Assembly (NCBI GenBank): GCA_937983635.1 | Contig: CALJZR010000001.1 | Coordinates: 1-45,689, forward strand | DNA length: 45,689 bases | DNA from: an uncultured bacterium | Lineage (GTDB): Bacteria; Patescibacteriota; Patescibacteriia; Patescibacteriales; UBA12465 | Direction: 5' to 3' | Part shown: piece by piece, positions 37,305 to 45,689 of the stretch | Position numbering within the stretch: the stretch's first letter is position 1 | Layout: each line of letters starts with the position of its first letter | Made by a program: the position numbers and the translations under genes | Notes under the pieces: generated by a model | What the model was told of the DNA's origin: nothing | The model's database searches: none | Seen by the model: the letters and a program-made list of their open reading frames with translations, nothing else

Positions 37305-37724
37305 ATGAAAAATTTAATGTTTTTGTTGTTGGCAACAATGTTTATCTTTGTTGCTTGTAAAAAGGATCCAGACCCCGATCCAATTCCCGACCCACCGCCA
37401 GTGTCATATGATAATGTGACAGTAAAGGTAAAATTTACCGCTGCCCCCCAGGGGATGGTGGTTACGGTGACCAATTTTGGTTTATCTGACCAAGACAAGG
37501 TTGCTCTTACCTCCAATCTTTACCCGGTAGTACCAAGTCCGGTTGCTGATTTTACCTGGCAGGTTCCCGAGGACATTGCTTTTCAGCAGTGGAATAAAAC
37601 CGTCTACATATATGTAGGCGCTTGCCGCAGCGACGGCTACGCATGCTACGGCCAGGAAGAATGGCTTAAAATTGACAAGTTGGGCAAAACCAACGAAGTC
37701 ACATTTGTCGTTAAACCTTTCTAG
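37305..37724 (+). CDS. Small putative lipoprotein with Pro/Asp-rich linker
   Basis: Signal peptide MKNLMFLLLATMFIFVAC with a lipobox-like FVAC, then the KKDPDPDPIPDPPP linker and a beta-rich domain of about 100 aa. Its codon usage is visibly C-ending (GAC, GGC, TAC, TGC), unlike its neighbours. Confidence 0.7.
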   Translation: MKNLMFLLLATMFIFVACKKDPDPDPIPDPPPVSYDNVTVKVKFTAAPQGMVVTVTNFGLSDQDKVALTSNLYPVVPSPVADFTWQVPEDIAFQQWNKTVYIYVGACRSDGYACYGQEEWLKIDKLGKTNEVTFVVKPF

Positions 37725-37750
37725 GCCTGAGTTTGTACCGTTTAATTTTT

Positions 37751-37785
37751 CCGCTTCCTTTCTTTTTAAGGGAGCGGATTTTTTA
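37751..37785 (+). terminator. Intrinsic terminator after the lipoprotein gene
   Basis: CCGCTTCC ... GGGAGCGG hairpin followed by ATTTTTTA. Confidence 0.55.
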
Positions 37786-37787
37786 TA

Positions 37788-37819
37788 CAAAAACCGGCCC
37801 CTTAGGAGCCGGTTTTTTG
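37788..37819. terminator. Bidirectional intrinsic terminator (lipoprotein gene / gltX, convergent)
   Basis: AAAAACCGGCCCC-TTAG-GAGCCGGTTTTTT: a GC-rich stem flanked by an A-tract and a T-tract. Confidence 0.65.
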
Positions 37820-37835
37820 ATATTTTGTTTATTGT

Positions 37836-39497
37836 TTAGAACGTCTTTAATCTTTTAGTAATTCTCTCTAGTCCCATCACTTGCATAATAAGGCAGAGAT
37901 TGGGAGTTTGGGTGCGTCCGGTTAGGAGGACGCGCAGTAGTTTGGCAATTGTTCCCACTTGGCCGCGGTATTTTTCCGGATTGGCTTTATAGTCTTGATT
38001 ATTACCGGTAAAACCGTGTTTTTCTCCCACCTCTTTGAGTTTTTCAAACCATTGTTCGGGATTATCTTTAGGATTGTAGCTATAGAGAAAATCAGAGATA
38101 ATATCGTTCGCTTCTACTCCGTTTAATTCAGTTAAAGTAGCGGTTATTAAATCGGGAGAGACGGAGAAGGTGGTATCAAAGAAATAGGCAATTTCTGTTT
38201 TTATTTCCGACCAGCGTCCTAAATCTTTTCGGGGTTTAAGAGCGCCGACTCTTTCAATCGCAAAGATTTTTTTAAGGTATTCCGGATCAGCATTTAATAG
38301 TTCTTTTGTTTCTGGGTCATATTTTCCCGCCCAAGTTAAGGCGCGTTGGTAGAGTTCGTCAGGACTAAAACGGGCGACTATTTCTTTACTGATGTCATTT
38401 AACTTATTCAAATCAAATAAAGGTCCGTTAGAATTAGCTAGCCTTTTCAAACTAAAGGGGAATTTTTGGTTATTTAGGTCGGGATTGGCCTTACGCCAGT
38501 CTTCAAAGTTAGAGTTGGCTAAATTAAGTAAATATTCAATTACCGCCTCTTCAGGATAGCCGGCTTCTTGGTAGTATTCTAGATTGGCTTCCTGGTCTTT
38601 GCGTTTGCTTAACTTTCTTTTTTTACCTTCATCCAACTTTTGGATAGGGGCGAGGTGGGCGTAGGCAGGGGCTGTCCAGCCAAGAGCGGTAAATAGTTGC
38701 TGGTGGAGAGGCAGAGACGGAAACCATTCGTTGCCGCGGATGACATGAGTTGTGCCCATGAGGTGGTCATCAACGGCATGGGCAAAGTGATAGGTGGGTA
38801 GGCCGTCACTTTTCATAATCACAATATCTTGGTCATTTTCCGGCATTTCCCGGCGGCCAAGGAGAAGGTCATTGATAATGATTTTATTTTGAAAATTGCC
38901 AGGAGATTTGAAGCGGATAACTGGTTTTAGCCCTTGATCTAAGGCCATAAACACCTCCTCTAGGCTTTTATCGCGCCAAGTGGCAAAGTGACCCCAATAG
39001 CCGCTACGTTCACCCATAGCTTCTTGGCGAACACGCAATTCTTCCAATTCTTCGGGCGCAGCAAAGCAGGGATAGGCTTTTCCTTGGCGAATTAGCTCCT
39101 TGATGTAGCTTTTATAGATATCGGCCCTTTCGCTTTGTTTGTAGGGGCCGTAATTTCCTTTTTCTAGGCCATTTTCATCCGGTCCTTCATCATATTGGAT
39201 GCCGTATTGGTGGATGGCGCTGGCAAAAAGATCGGCCGTGCCCGCTATTTCCCGTTTTTTATCAGTATCTTCAATTCTTAAATAAAAAATCCCTTGGCTT
39301 TGGTGCGCCAATCTTTCCGAAATCAAGGAAGCATAGAGGCCGCCAAAATGAACAAAGCCGGTGGGGCTAGGGGCCACGCGGGTAACGAAAGCGCTGACTG
39401 GTACTTGACGGGAGGGGTATTTTTTTACCAATTCTTCCGGAGTCGGCAGTTTTTCGGGGAAAAGGCGATTAATTAATAATTCTAGATTATTTTCCAT
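37836..39497 (-). CDS. gltX: Glutamyl-tRNA synthetase
   Basis: RVAPSPTGFVHFGG (HIGH-type) and KLSKRK (KMSKS-type), with a class I GluRS layout and a long C-terminal anticodon-binding extension (553 aa). Confidence 0.93.
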   Translation of the reverse strand: MENNLELLINRLFPEKLPTPEELVKKYPSRQVPVSAFVTRVAPSPTGFVHFGGLYASLISERLAHQSQGIFYLRIEDTDKKREIAGTADLFASAIHQYGIQYDEGPDENGLEKGNYGPYKQSERADIYKSYIKELIRQGKAYPCFAAPEELEELRVRQEAMGERSGYWGHFATWRDKSLEEVFMALDQGLKPVIRFKSPGNFQNKIIINDLLLGRREMPENDQDIVIMKSDGLPTYHFAHAVDDHLMGTTHVIRGNEWFPSLPLHQQLFTALGWTAPAYAHLAPIQKLDEGKKRKLSKRKDQEANLEYYQEAGYPEEAVIEYLLNLANSNFEDWRKANPDLNNQKFPFSLKRLANSNGPLFDLNKLNDISKEIVARFSPDELYQRALTWAGKYDPETKELLNADPEYLKKIFAIERVGALKPRKDLGRWSEIKTEIAYFFDTTFSVSPDLITATLTELNGVEANDIISDFLYSYNPKDNPEQWFEKLKEVGEKHGFTGNNQDYKANPEKYRGQVGTIAKLLRVLLTGRTQTPNLCLIMQVMGLERITKRLKTF

Positions 39498-39696
39498 AAT
39501 AATTTGAGACTTAGTATCTGTCTTTAAATTACCTTATCAGGCTTGAAAAGTAAAGTTTTGGGCTGTCAGAAAGAGCTTTTTATCGCTTTTCTTTTTCGGG
39601 TTTTTATTGTAAAATAATAATAAGAATGACAGTGTAAAAAAATACCAGTTTGCGGTATAATAAGCTTAAGTAAGCGTTAATTATTTTTCTGAGATT

Positions 39697-40284
39697 ATGT
39701 CCGTTGATGACCGGCTCTTATCTGCCCAAACTGAAAAAAATCCTAACAATCAAGCTGAATCCAGCTCCGATCGAGCGGGCGCTTTGCGGGAATCTCAACG
39801 AGCCGAAGAAAATAATGAAAATGAACCGGAACAAGAAGATTTGCGCAGCCAGGTGATGAGCAAGAGAAAGGAGATGGCCCTAAAGATGAAGGGGAAACTT
39901 AGTAAAGCAGAATTGGCTTTTAGTGCTGGCACCAGCAAGCTTCTTCAAGGGGCTTGGCGCAATATCGTCATGTCATTTGGTTTTTCTTTTCTCTATGTTT
40001 ACGTCCATTTATTTTTAAAAGGAATCTTTGGTAAAAGATTTTTTGCCGATTTGGGCTCAGAGTGGCGCGATCGTCCCGGTTTGACTATTGAAGAGAGGGA
40101 AAGAATGGGGGTTAGTTTGAAGATAATTGAATCTTTTGGTGTTGGCGCAATCAGTATTCTTATTTTTATCATTTTAATTTTTTCTTTTTCTATTCCCGCT
40201 TTAATTATTGAGGTTATGTCCAATCCTCTTCGTGCCGGCATTGCTTTGCTCCAGACTTTTTGGAGCTGGATTTCCGGTACTTAG
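39697..40284 (+). CDS. Hypothetical membrane protein (acidic disordered N-terminus plus hydrophobic helices)
   Basis: 195 aa. The first ~70 aa are Glu/Asn/Ser-rich. TM-like segments follow (IVMSFGFSFLYVYVHLFL and GVGAISILIFIILIFSFSIPALII). It ends 9 nt before the next gene. Confidence 0.65.
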   Translation: MSVDDRLLSAQTEKNPNNQAESSSDRAGALRESQRAEENNENEPEQEDLRSQVMSKRKEMALKMKGKLSKAELAFSAGTSKLLQGAWRNIVMSFGFSFLYVYVHLFLKGIFGKRFFADLGSEWRDRPGLTIEERERMGVSLKIIESFGVGAISILIFIILIFSFSIPALIIEVMSNPLRAGIALLQTFWSWISGT

Positions 40285-40293
40285 AATATTTAT

Positions 40294-42969
40294 ATGCATT
40301 TTAAAATGCCCAATTTTTTGAAAAATAGAAAACTATGGTTGGCAACACTCCTGATTTTTGCCGCCAGTTTTTTAGCCGCCCCTAACGTTTTTGCTAGTGC
40401 GGGCGACTGGGCGGGGGAAGTAGTTGGTAGCATTATCTATGTCTTTATCTGGGCCCTCGGACTAGTTTTAATTCTAGTGATGAAGGCCCTTATTTTAATT
40501 GCCTCTTATCAGAATTTTATTAGCTCTGGTGCAGTGCAGGAAGGCTGGACGGTGGTGCGCGATTTGTCCAACATGTTTTTCGTAGTGATTCTTTTAGTGA
40601 TTGCTTTTTCCACCATTTTGCATTTGGAAAATTATAGTTATAAGAAGTGGTTGCCGAAATTAATTTTAATGGCGGTGCTGATTAATTTTTCCAAAACAAT
40701 CTGCGGTCTGTTGATTGATGTCGCTCAGATTATCATGCTTACTTTCGTTAATGCTTTTAAAGATGTCGCTGGCGGTAACTTGATTGAGATGTTAGGAATT
40801 AGGGAAATTGTCACTTTAGCAGAAGGGAGCGATTCGGTGGGTTTTTGGCAAATTGTTGGCGCTTATGTCCTCGGTTTGATTTACATGATTATTGCTCTCG
40901 TGGTTATTACCACCATGATGATGATGCTGGTGATGCGCCTAGTCATGATTTGGATTTATGTGGTTTTATCGCCCCTAGCTTATCTACTAGCCGCTTTTCC
41001 GGGGGGCGCTCAGTATGCTTCGCAGTGGTGGAGTGAGTTTATTAAGAATTTGATAGTCGGTCCTGTTATTGCTTTTTTTATCTGGTTGTCTTTTGCTGCT
41101 TTGCAAACCGGTAATTATAACGATGTTGGTAGTGTTGGCACCGCCAACATTAGTGCGGAACAAGAAGCTTTTTCCGGTTCAATAGCTAAAGTTGACGGCG
41201 CCTCCACTCCGAGCATGGGGACGCAGGCCTCCACTCCTGGGGTTTTGATTAAATTTGTGATTGGCATCGGCATGCTTATCGGCGGCCTTAAAGTTGCTCA
41301 ACAGATTGGCGGCGCCGCTGGTTCGGTGGCGGGCAAGGGCATGGGCAAATTGGCGGCCATGGGTGCGGCTACTGCCGCCTTCGGCAAGAAGTGGGGCGGA
41401 AAGGTTGCCACTGGTGATAATTATCTAGCTCGCAAAACCATGAAGGCTGCGAAATTTGATTTTCGTCCCATGGCATTATCTAATGCCATTAAAACAAGTT
41501 TTGAAAATGCTAAGAAAAAAGACGAATTTGATATTAGAGATCAAGGTGAAAGAAACTTAACAAAGGGTGGAGTCGTGAGTGTGTTGGGAGGAATAGGGGC
41601 AGGACAAGGGTATGGAGATGCTTATTTGAGTTGGCGTGGAGCAGCGAGAGCTGTTGGAGAGGTGACAGGATTTAACAGCACGCGTCGACAACGTTATCAG
41701 GATGATTTAAGTTTAGCGGAAGAAAATTTAAAACAGAAAGAAAAAGAATTTTCTCCGCTTATGTCTCATGACATGGAAGCTAATATTCAAGTAAAAATAA
41801 ATCAAGGAATTGCTGATGTTGCTGCTTATAATCAAAAAATGAGTGACAACCAGAATGCTATTAGCGCTATTGATATTATAATAAATAAGCTTCAGGGAAA
41901 GGTCGATAATAATAAGGCTTCATCTGATGAAATAAAAAAATTAAGAGAATATAAAGCGGATCGTAAAAACTTAGAAAATGATAATTCGACGCTGTTAGAT
42001 AAGAAGAATGTTGTTCAAGATGATATTAACAAAAATCAGAATATACTTAATGACGCTAGGGCTAATAATCGCATCGTTTCTAATAGTGACTATCAAAGCA
42101 AAAAAGATGATATAACAAAAGCTAAATCAGAGGTTAGTAATGCTAAGATTTTGTTGGCAAGAGCTTTACCTCCTCGTGACTTGGAGGGTCGAGCTAATTA
42201 TCGCTCTGAAATTTCTCAAGCAAAAAAGAAATTTGATGAAATTTCTGAGCCGTCCGAAAAACTTACTCTATTTGAAGACGCTGTTAAGAGAAAAGATCGT
42301 ACAGATATGGTTGCTTTAATGGAGAGCTTGATGAGTGATGTAAATTTTAATGAATTATTGCTTTCTCGAGGTTACAATCAAGACGGCCGTGGCATGATTC
42401 AATTTTTGCATAATGAAGAAAATGAGTATGGAAAAAGAAATGGCCTAGATATTAAAGGTTTGGACGAGCAATCGCTTTTAAAGATTCAGAACGATCTGTC
42501 AGTCATAGCAGAGAGCACTGGCCAATGGACTTTTGCTAAGACTGTAGGCGTGGACGCCGGTGGTTCCAGATATAGCACAGTTAAGCGAGATTCTAATGGT
42601 AATTGGGATGACTCCGAACAAGTAATATCTGCTTTGACCGATTTATTAAAGAACGATCCTCAAAAATTAATGACTAGTTTACCTAGATTTGCTTTTGGTG
42701 GGAATGATGTTAATGGTAATTTTAAGTTAGCTAATTTAGGAAAGGCTTTGGCCTTGGCTCTTGATAGGTCTCAAGCTTTCCAGAAGCAAGGAAATCGTAT
42801 GCGTCCGAATTTAGCAATGAATCTGTCTTTTGTTATAGATGATTTAGAGGCAGCAGGCGTTTCTCCGGAGGGTTTAAATGTTATTAAGACTTACGGCGGT
42901 AATGCTAGCGGCGGTATTGGGGCAGATTCTTTGGTGGAAGAACTAATTTCAAAAAATAAATTTAACTAA
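40294..42969 (+). CDS. Large polytopic membrane protein, tentatively VirB6/TrbL-like N-terminal domain plus Gly/Ala-rich segment, coiled-coil and C-terminal globular region
   Basis: 891 aa with signal peptide LATLLIFAASFLAAPNVFASA. About 6-7 TM helices span aa 40-270, including VLSPLAYLLAAFPGGAQYASQWWSEFIKNLIVGPVIAFFIWLSF, which is reminiscent of TrbL/VirB6. A G/A-rich stretch is IGGAAGSVAGKGMGKLAAMGAATAAFG. A Lys/Asn/Asp-rich heptad-like region spans aa ~470-640. Confidence 0.8.
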   Translation: MHFKMPNFLKNRKLWLATLLIFAASFLAAPNVFASAGDWAGEVVGSIIYVFIWALGLVLILVMKALILIASYQNFISSGAVQEGWTVVRDLSNMFFVVILLVIAFSTILHLENYSYKKWLPKLILMAVLINFSKTICGLLIDVAQIIMLTFVNAFKDVAGGNLIEMLGIREIVTLAEGSDSVGFWQIVGAYVLGLIYMIIALVVITTMMMMLVMRLVMIWIYVVLSPLAYLLAAFPGGAQYASQWWSEFIKNLIVGPVIAFFIWLSFAALQTGNYNDVGSVGTANISAEQEAFSGSIAKVDGASTPSMGTQASTPGVLIKFVIGIGMLIGGLKVAQQIGGAAGSVAGKGMGKLAAMGAATAAFGKKWGGKVATGDNYLARKTMKAAKFDFRPMALSNAIKTSFENAKKKDEFDIRDQGERNLTKGGVVSVLGGIGAGQGYGDAYLSWRGAARAVGEVTGFNSTRRQRYQDDLSLAEENLKQKEKEFSPLMSHDMEANIQVKINQGIADVAAYNQKMSDNQNAISAIDIIINKLQGKVDNNKASSDEIKKLREYKADRKNLENDNSTLLDKKNVVQDDINKNQNILNDARANNRIVSNSDYQSKKDDITKAKSEVSNAKILLARALPPRDLEGRANYRSEISQAKKKFDEISEPSEKLTLFEDAVKRKDRTDMVALMESLMSDVNFNELLLSRGYNQDGRGMIQFLHNEENEYGKRNGLDIKGLDEQSLLKIQNDLSVIAESTGQWTFAKTVGVDAGGSRYSTVKRDSNGNWDDSEQVISALTDLLKNDPQKLMTSLPRFAFGGNDVNGNFKLANLGKALALALDRSQAFQKQGNRMRPNLAMNLSFVIDDLEAAGVSPEGLNVIKTYGGNASGGIGADSLVEELISKNKFN

Positions 42970-42975
42970 TTTTTT

Positions 42976-43938
42976 ATGTTAATTCTTGAAGGCTTAATCG
43001 ATGAGAATTTTCAAAATAAATTATCTCATTTTATTGATGATGCCTTAATTTATAATGACATTCAGAGTGCTAGGAGATTATTAATTGCTATTAAAAAAAT
43101 ATTAAAGAGCAATAATGACCCTAAAATAAAAAATAAGTTGATTGATTATTATAAAGCTAATATAGATAAACTAAAATTCATTTGTTTTTTTGATTTAGAT
43201 GAAAATGATATTTCTGATTTAATGAAAAACAGCATACAGATGGTTTTAGGTGTTGATGGATTTAACTTGGTCGATAAATTAAATGATCGTCTTAAATTTG
43301 TTGAAATTTTAGAAAATAGAGATCTTTTAAAGCAACAAATAAGCAATTGTTTATTATTGAATAAAAATAAAGTAACTACTAAAAAAATTAGAATTGGATC
43401 TATTCTCCACGAACCAACCGTGTCAAATTGGTTAAAAGATTACTTGTCTAATATTAATCTTAGTGTAGATCCCGGACTTAGAATTAATAATTATTTGAAT
43501 AATAGTCAAAATATCCAGTTAATTGATTCTAATGAAAAGAAAAAGATTAAAGATTTGATAGTATTTTTTGAACATACTAAAAAATCTTCTTTAGTTGCAG
43601 GTAATTTAGAGGAAAGTTTTATTTTTACAGATCAGGACGGCCGAAAAATTGTTATTGATCATGGTCTTCCTATTAAGTCTGATGTAAATATTGAGAAAAT
43701 TATAAAAGACATTTATTCAAAAGAAAATTTGTTGGATATTGGCAAAGATAGTTTTATAAATTCAAAAAAACGAGATTTTTATAGATTTAACAAAAAAATA
43801 GAAGATTTAGATTCTTTTCCGCCAAATCCTTTATTAATCCTGTCTAATTCATTAAATAATTACTCTCCCTCGTCTTTAGAATATAAAGCCATTAAGCAGG
43901 AAATAGAAAGACTGCGTAAAAATCAAAAAAATGTCTAG
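42976..43938 (+). CDS. Hypothetical soluble protein (very AT-rich gene)
   Basis: 320-aa Asn/Lys/Ile-rich ORF with no TM and no motif I recognise. GC is strikingly lower than its neighbours. Its end overlaps the kinase start by 8 nt. Confidence 0.6.
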   Translation: MLILEGLIDENFQNKLSHFIDDALIYNDIQSARRLLIAIKKILKSNNDPKIKNKLIDYYKANIDKLKFICFFDLDENDISDLMKNSIQMVLGVDGFNLVDKLNDRLKFVEILENRDLLKQQISNCLLLNKNKVTTKKIRIGSILHEPTVSNWLKDYLSNINLSVDPGLRINNYLNNSQNIQLIDSNEKKKIKDLIVFFEHTKKSSLVAGNLEESFIFTDQDGRKIVIDHGLPIKSDVNIEKIIKDIYSKENLLDIGKDSFINSKKRDFYRFNKKIEDLDSFPPNPLLILSNSLNNYSPSSLEYKAIKQEIERLRKNQKNV

Positions 43939-44890
43939 CTACAAAAGAAGACCCTTGATTGCCGTTGCCGGTTCTTTAGCTTTTGACCGCGTGATGAATT
44001 TCCCCGGCCGTTTCTCCACCCACATTCTTCCTGGAAAAATTCATGACTTAAGTCTCAGCTTCTTGTTGGATCAGTTAATTATCGGTTTCGGCGGCACTGC
44101 TGGCAATATCGCTTATAATCTGGCGCTCCTCAAGGAGCGCCCTTCTGTCTTAACGGCCGTTGGGGCGGATTTTGCTCCTTATCGCCGTCATTTGCGTTCT
44201 CAAGGAGTTGATTTGCGTGCTTTAGTCAGCGATAAGAAAAAAAATTGTGCCTCAGCTTTTATTATTACCGATGCTGATGATAATCAGATCGCCGGTTTCT
44301 ATCCTGGCCCCTCCGCTTTACCCTCTTTTTCTCGTTTACTCAATAGCGCTTGCGATTATGTTATTATTTCTCCCGACGACAAGGCGCGGATGCTGGCTGT
44401 TCAAGTTTGGGCGCGTAAAAGAAAATTATCTTATATCTTTGACCCCGGACAACAAGTAACAAATTTTACCGGCTTGGAGCTAGCCGCTTTTATCAAAGAT
44501 GCTTTCTTAGTGATTGGTAATGATTATGAGATTGAAATTATCCGGCGGTCTTTAAAGGCAAAAACAGTGGCTAGTATTTGTCCTACTAAAGCTTTAATTA
44601 TTACTAAAGGAGCGCAGGGTTCAGAAATAGTGATTGGTAATAAGAGAGTCTTGATTCCGGCAGTGCTAGCTCGTGAAAGTTTAGACCCTACTGGGGCGGG
44701 CGATGCCTATCGGGCTGGCCTCTTAAAGGGTTTGTCTCTAGGCTTTAGCCTGGAAGACTGCGCTCGCCTGGCGGCCACGGTTGCTGTTTACGCGGTTGAG
44801 AAAAAGGGTACTCAAAATCATTATTTTACTATTAAAAATTTAGAAAAACGCTATCGCCAGAGCTTTGGACAAGTCATTAAATTAACTTGA
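43931..44890 (+). CDS. PfkB-family carbohydrate/nucleoside kinase (adenosine-kinase-like)
   Basis: GGTAGNIAYNLALL (N-terminal Gly-Gly region) and DPTGAGDAYRAGLL (the PfkB signature 2 / catalytic GAGD). Confidence 0.88.
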   Translation: MSSYKRRPLIAVAGSLAFDRVMNFPGRFSTHILPGKIHDLSLSFLLDQLIIGFGGTAGNIAYNLALLKERPSVLTAVGADFAPYRRHLRSQGVDLRALVSDKKKNCASAFIITDADDNQIAGFYPGPSALPSFSRLLNSACDYVIISPDDKARMLAVQVWARKRKLSYIFDPGQQVTNFTGLELAAFIKDAFLVIGNDYEIEIIRRSLKAKTVASICPTKALIITKGAQGSEIVIGNKRVLIPAVLARESLDPTGAGDAYRAGLLKGLSLGFSLEDCARLAATVAVYAVEKKGTQNHYFTIKNLEKRYRQSFGQVIKLT

Positions 44891-44912
44891 CGGAGAACGG
44901 TATTGCCTCTAA

Positions 44913-45689
<777 letters not shown>

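Noticed and set aside
37289-37790. Minus-strand ORFs 37289-37516 and 37482-37790 overlapping the lipoprotein gene.
   Set aside because: The plus-strand ORF has a signal peptide with lipobox, a promoter and terminators. The antisense ORFs run through the terminator hairpins and lack such signals.
39498-39696. Possible T-box or other leader upstream of gltX (and upstream of leuS), and a sigma70 promoter for the 195-aa gene (TATAAT at 39656-39661).
   Set aside because: No T-box consensus (AGGGTGGTACCGCG-like) or specifier-stem architecture is visible, and the leuS upstream spacer is only about 30 nt. The TATAAT has no acceptable -35 at 16-18 bp, so I did not list it as a feature.

Overview
This 45.7 kb window is moderately AT-rich, densely coding, and shows no rRNA, tRNA, CRISPR array, transposase or integrase that I can recognise.

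Housekeeping genes:
- murE 3' end, rpoB, rpoC, murJ, lepA, recJ, an RNase HI-like gene
- a four-subunit pyruvate/2-oxoacid:ferredoxin oxidoreductase (porG, porD, porA, porB)
- xth, leuS, rsmA/ksgA, gltX, a PfkB-family kinase, and the ahcY 5' part

Cell-surface genes interleaved with them:
1. 8.0-12.1 kb: an envelope glycosylation cassette with an anchored protein, a tiny membrane protein, a GT2 and a TPR-tailed GT-C-like enzyme. It resembles a Gtr-type three-component system.
2. 18.1-24.0 kb, minus strand: a seven-gene co-directional cluster. A DsbA-like oxidoreductase leads the por genes, and two paralogous cysteine-rich exported proteins sit inside and after the por operon. Both carry a VirB2/TrbC-like two-TM 'T4SS pilin' core. 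One also carries a C-terminal VanY/M15-type peptidoglycan peptidase domain.
3. 28.3-37.8 kb: a protein with thrombospondin-type-3-like calcium-binding repeats, an 8.2 kb gene for a 2747-aa cysteine-rich surface protein, and a compositionally atypical lipoprotein gene. The giant protein has nine C-x5-G-C motifs, three jelly-roll/CBM-like modules and a PKD-like end.
4. 39.7-43.9 kb: a membrane-protein cluster containing an 891-aa VirB6/TrbL-like polytopic protein, whose 3' half lies in a low-GC island together with the next ORF.

Gene content, these pilin-like proteins, the giant Cys-rich protein and the mostly Shine-Dalgarno-less starts suggest a Patescibacteria/CPR-type genome. That is inference only.

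The most interesting candidate system is the dsbA-por-pilin-like/M15 operon, possibly working with the giant adhesin locus and the VirB6-like cluster. All domain calls come from motif recognition by eye and need HMM or structure searches.
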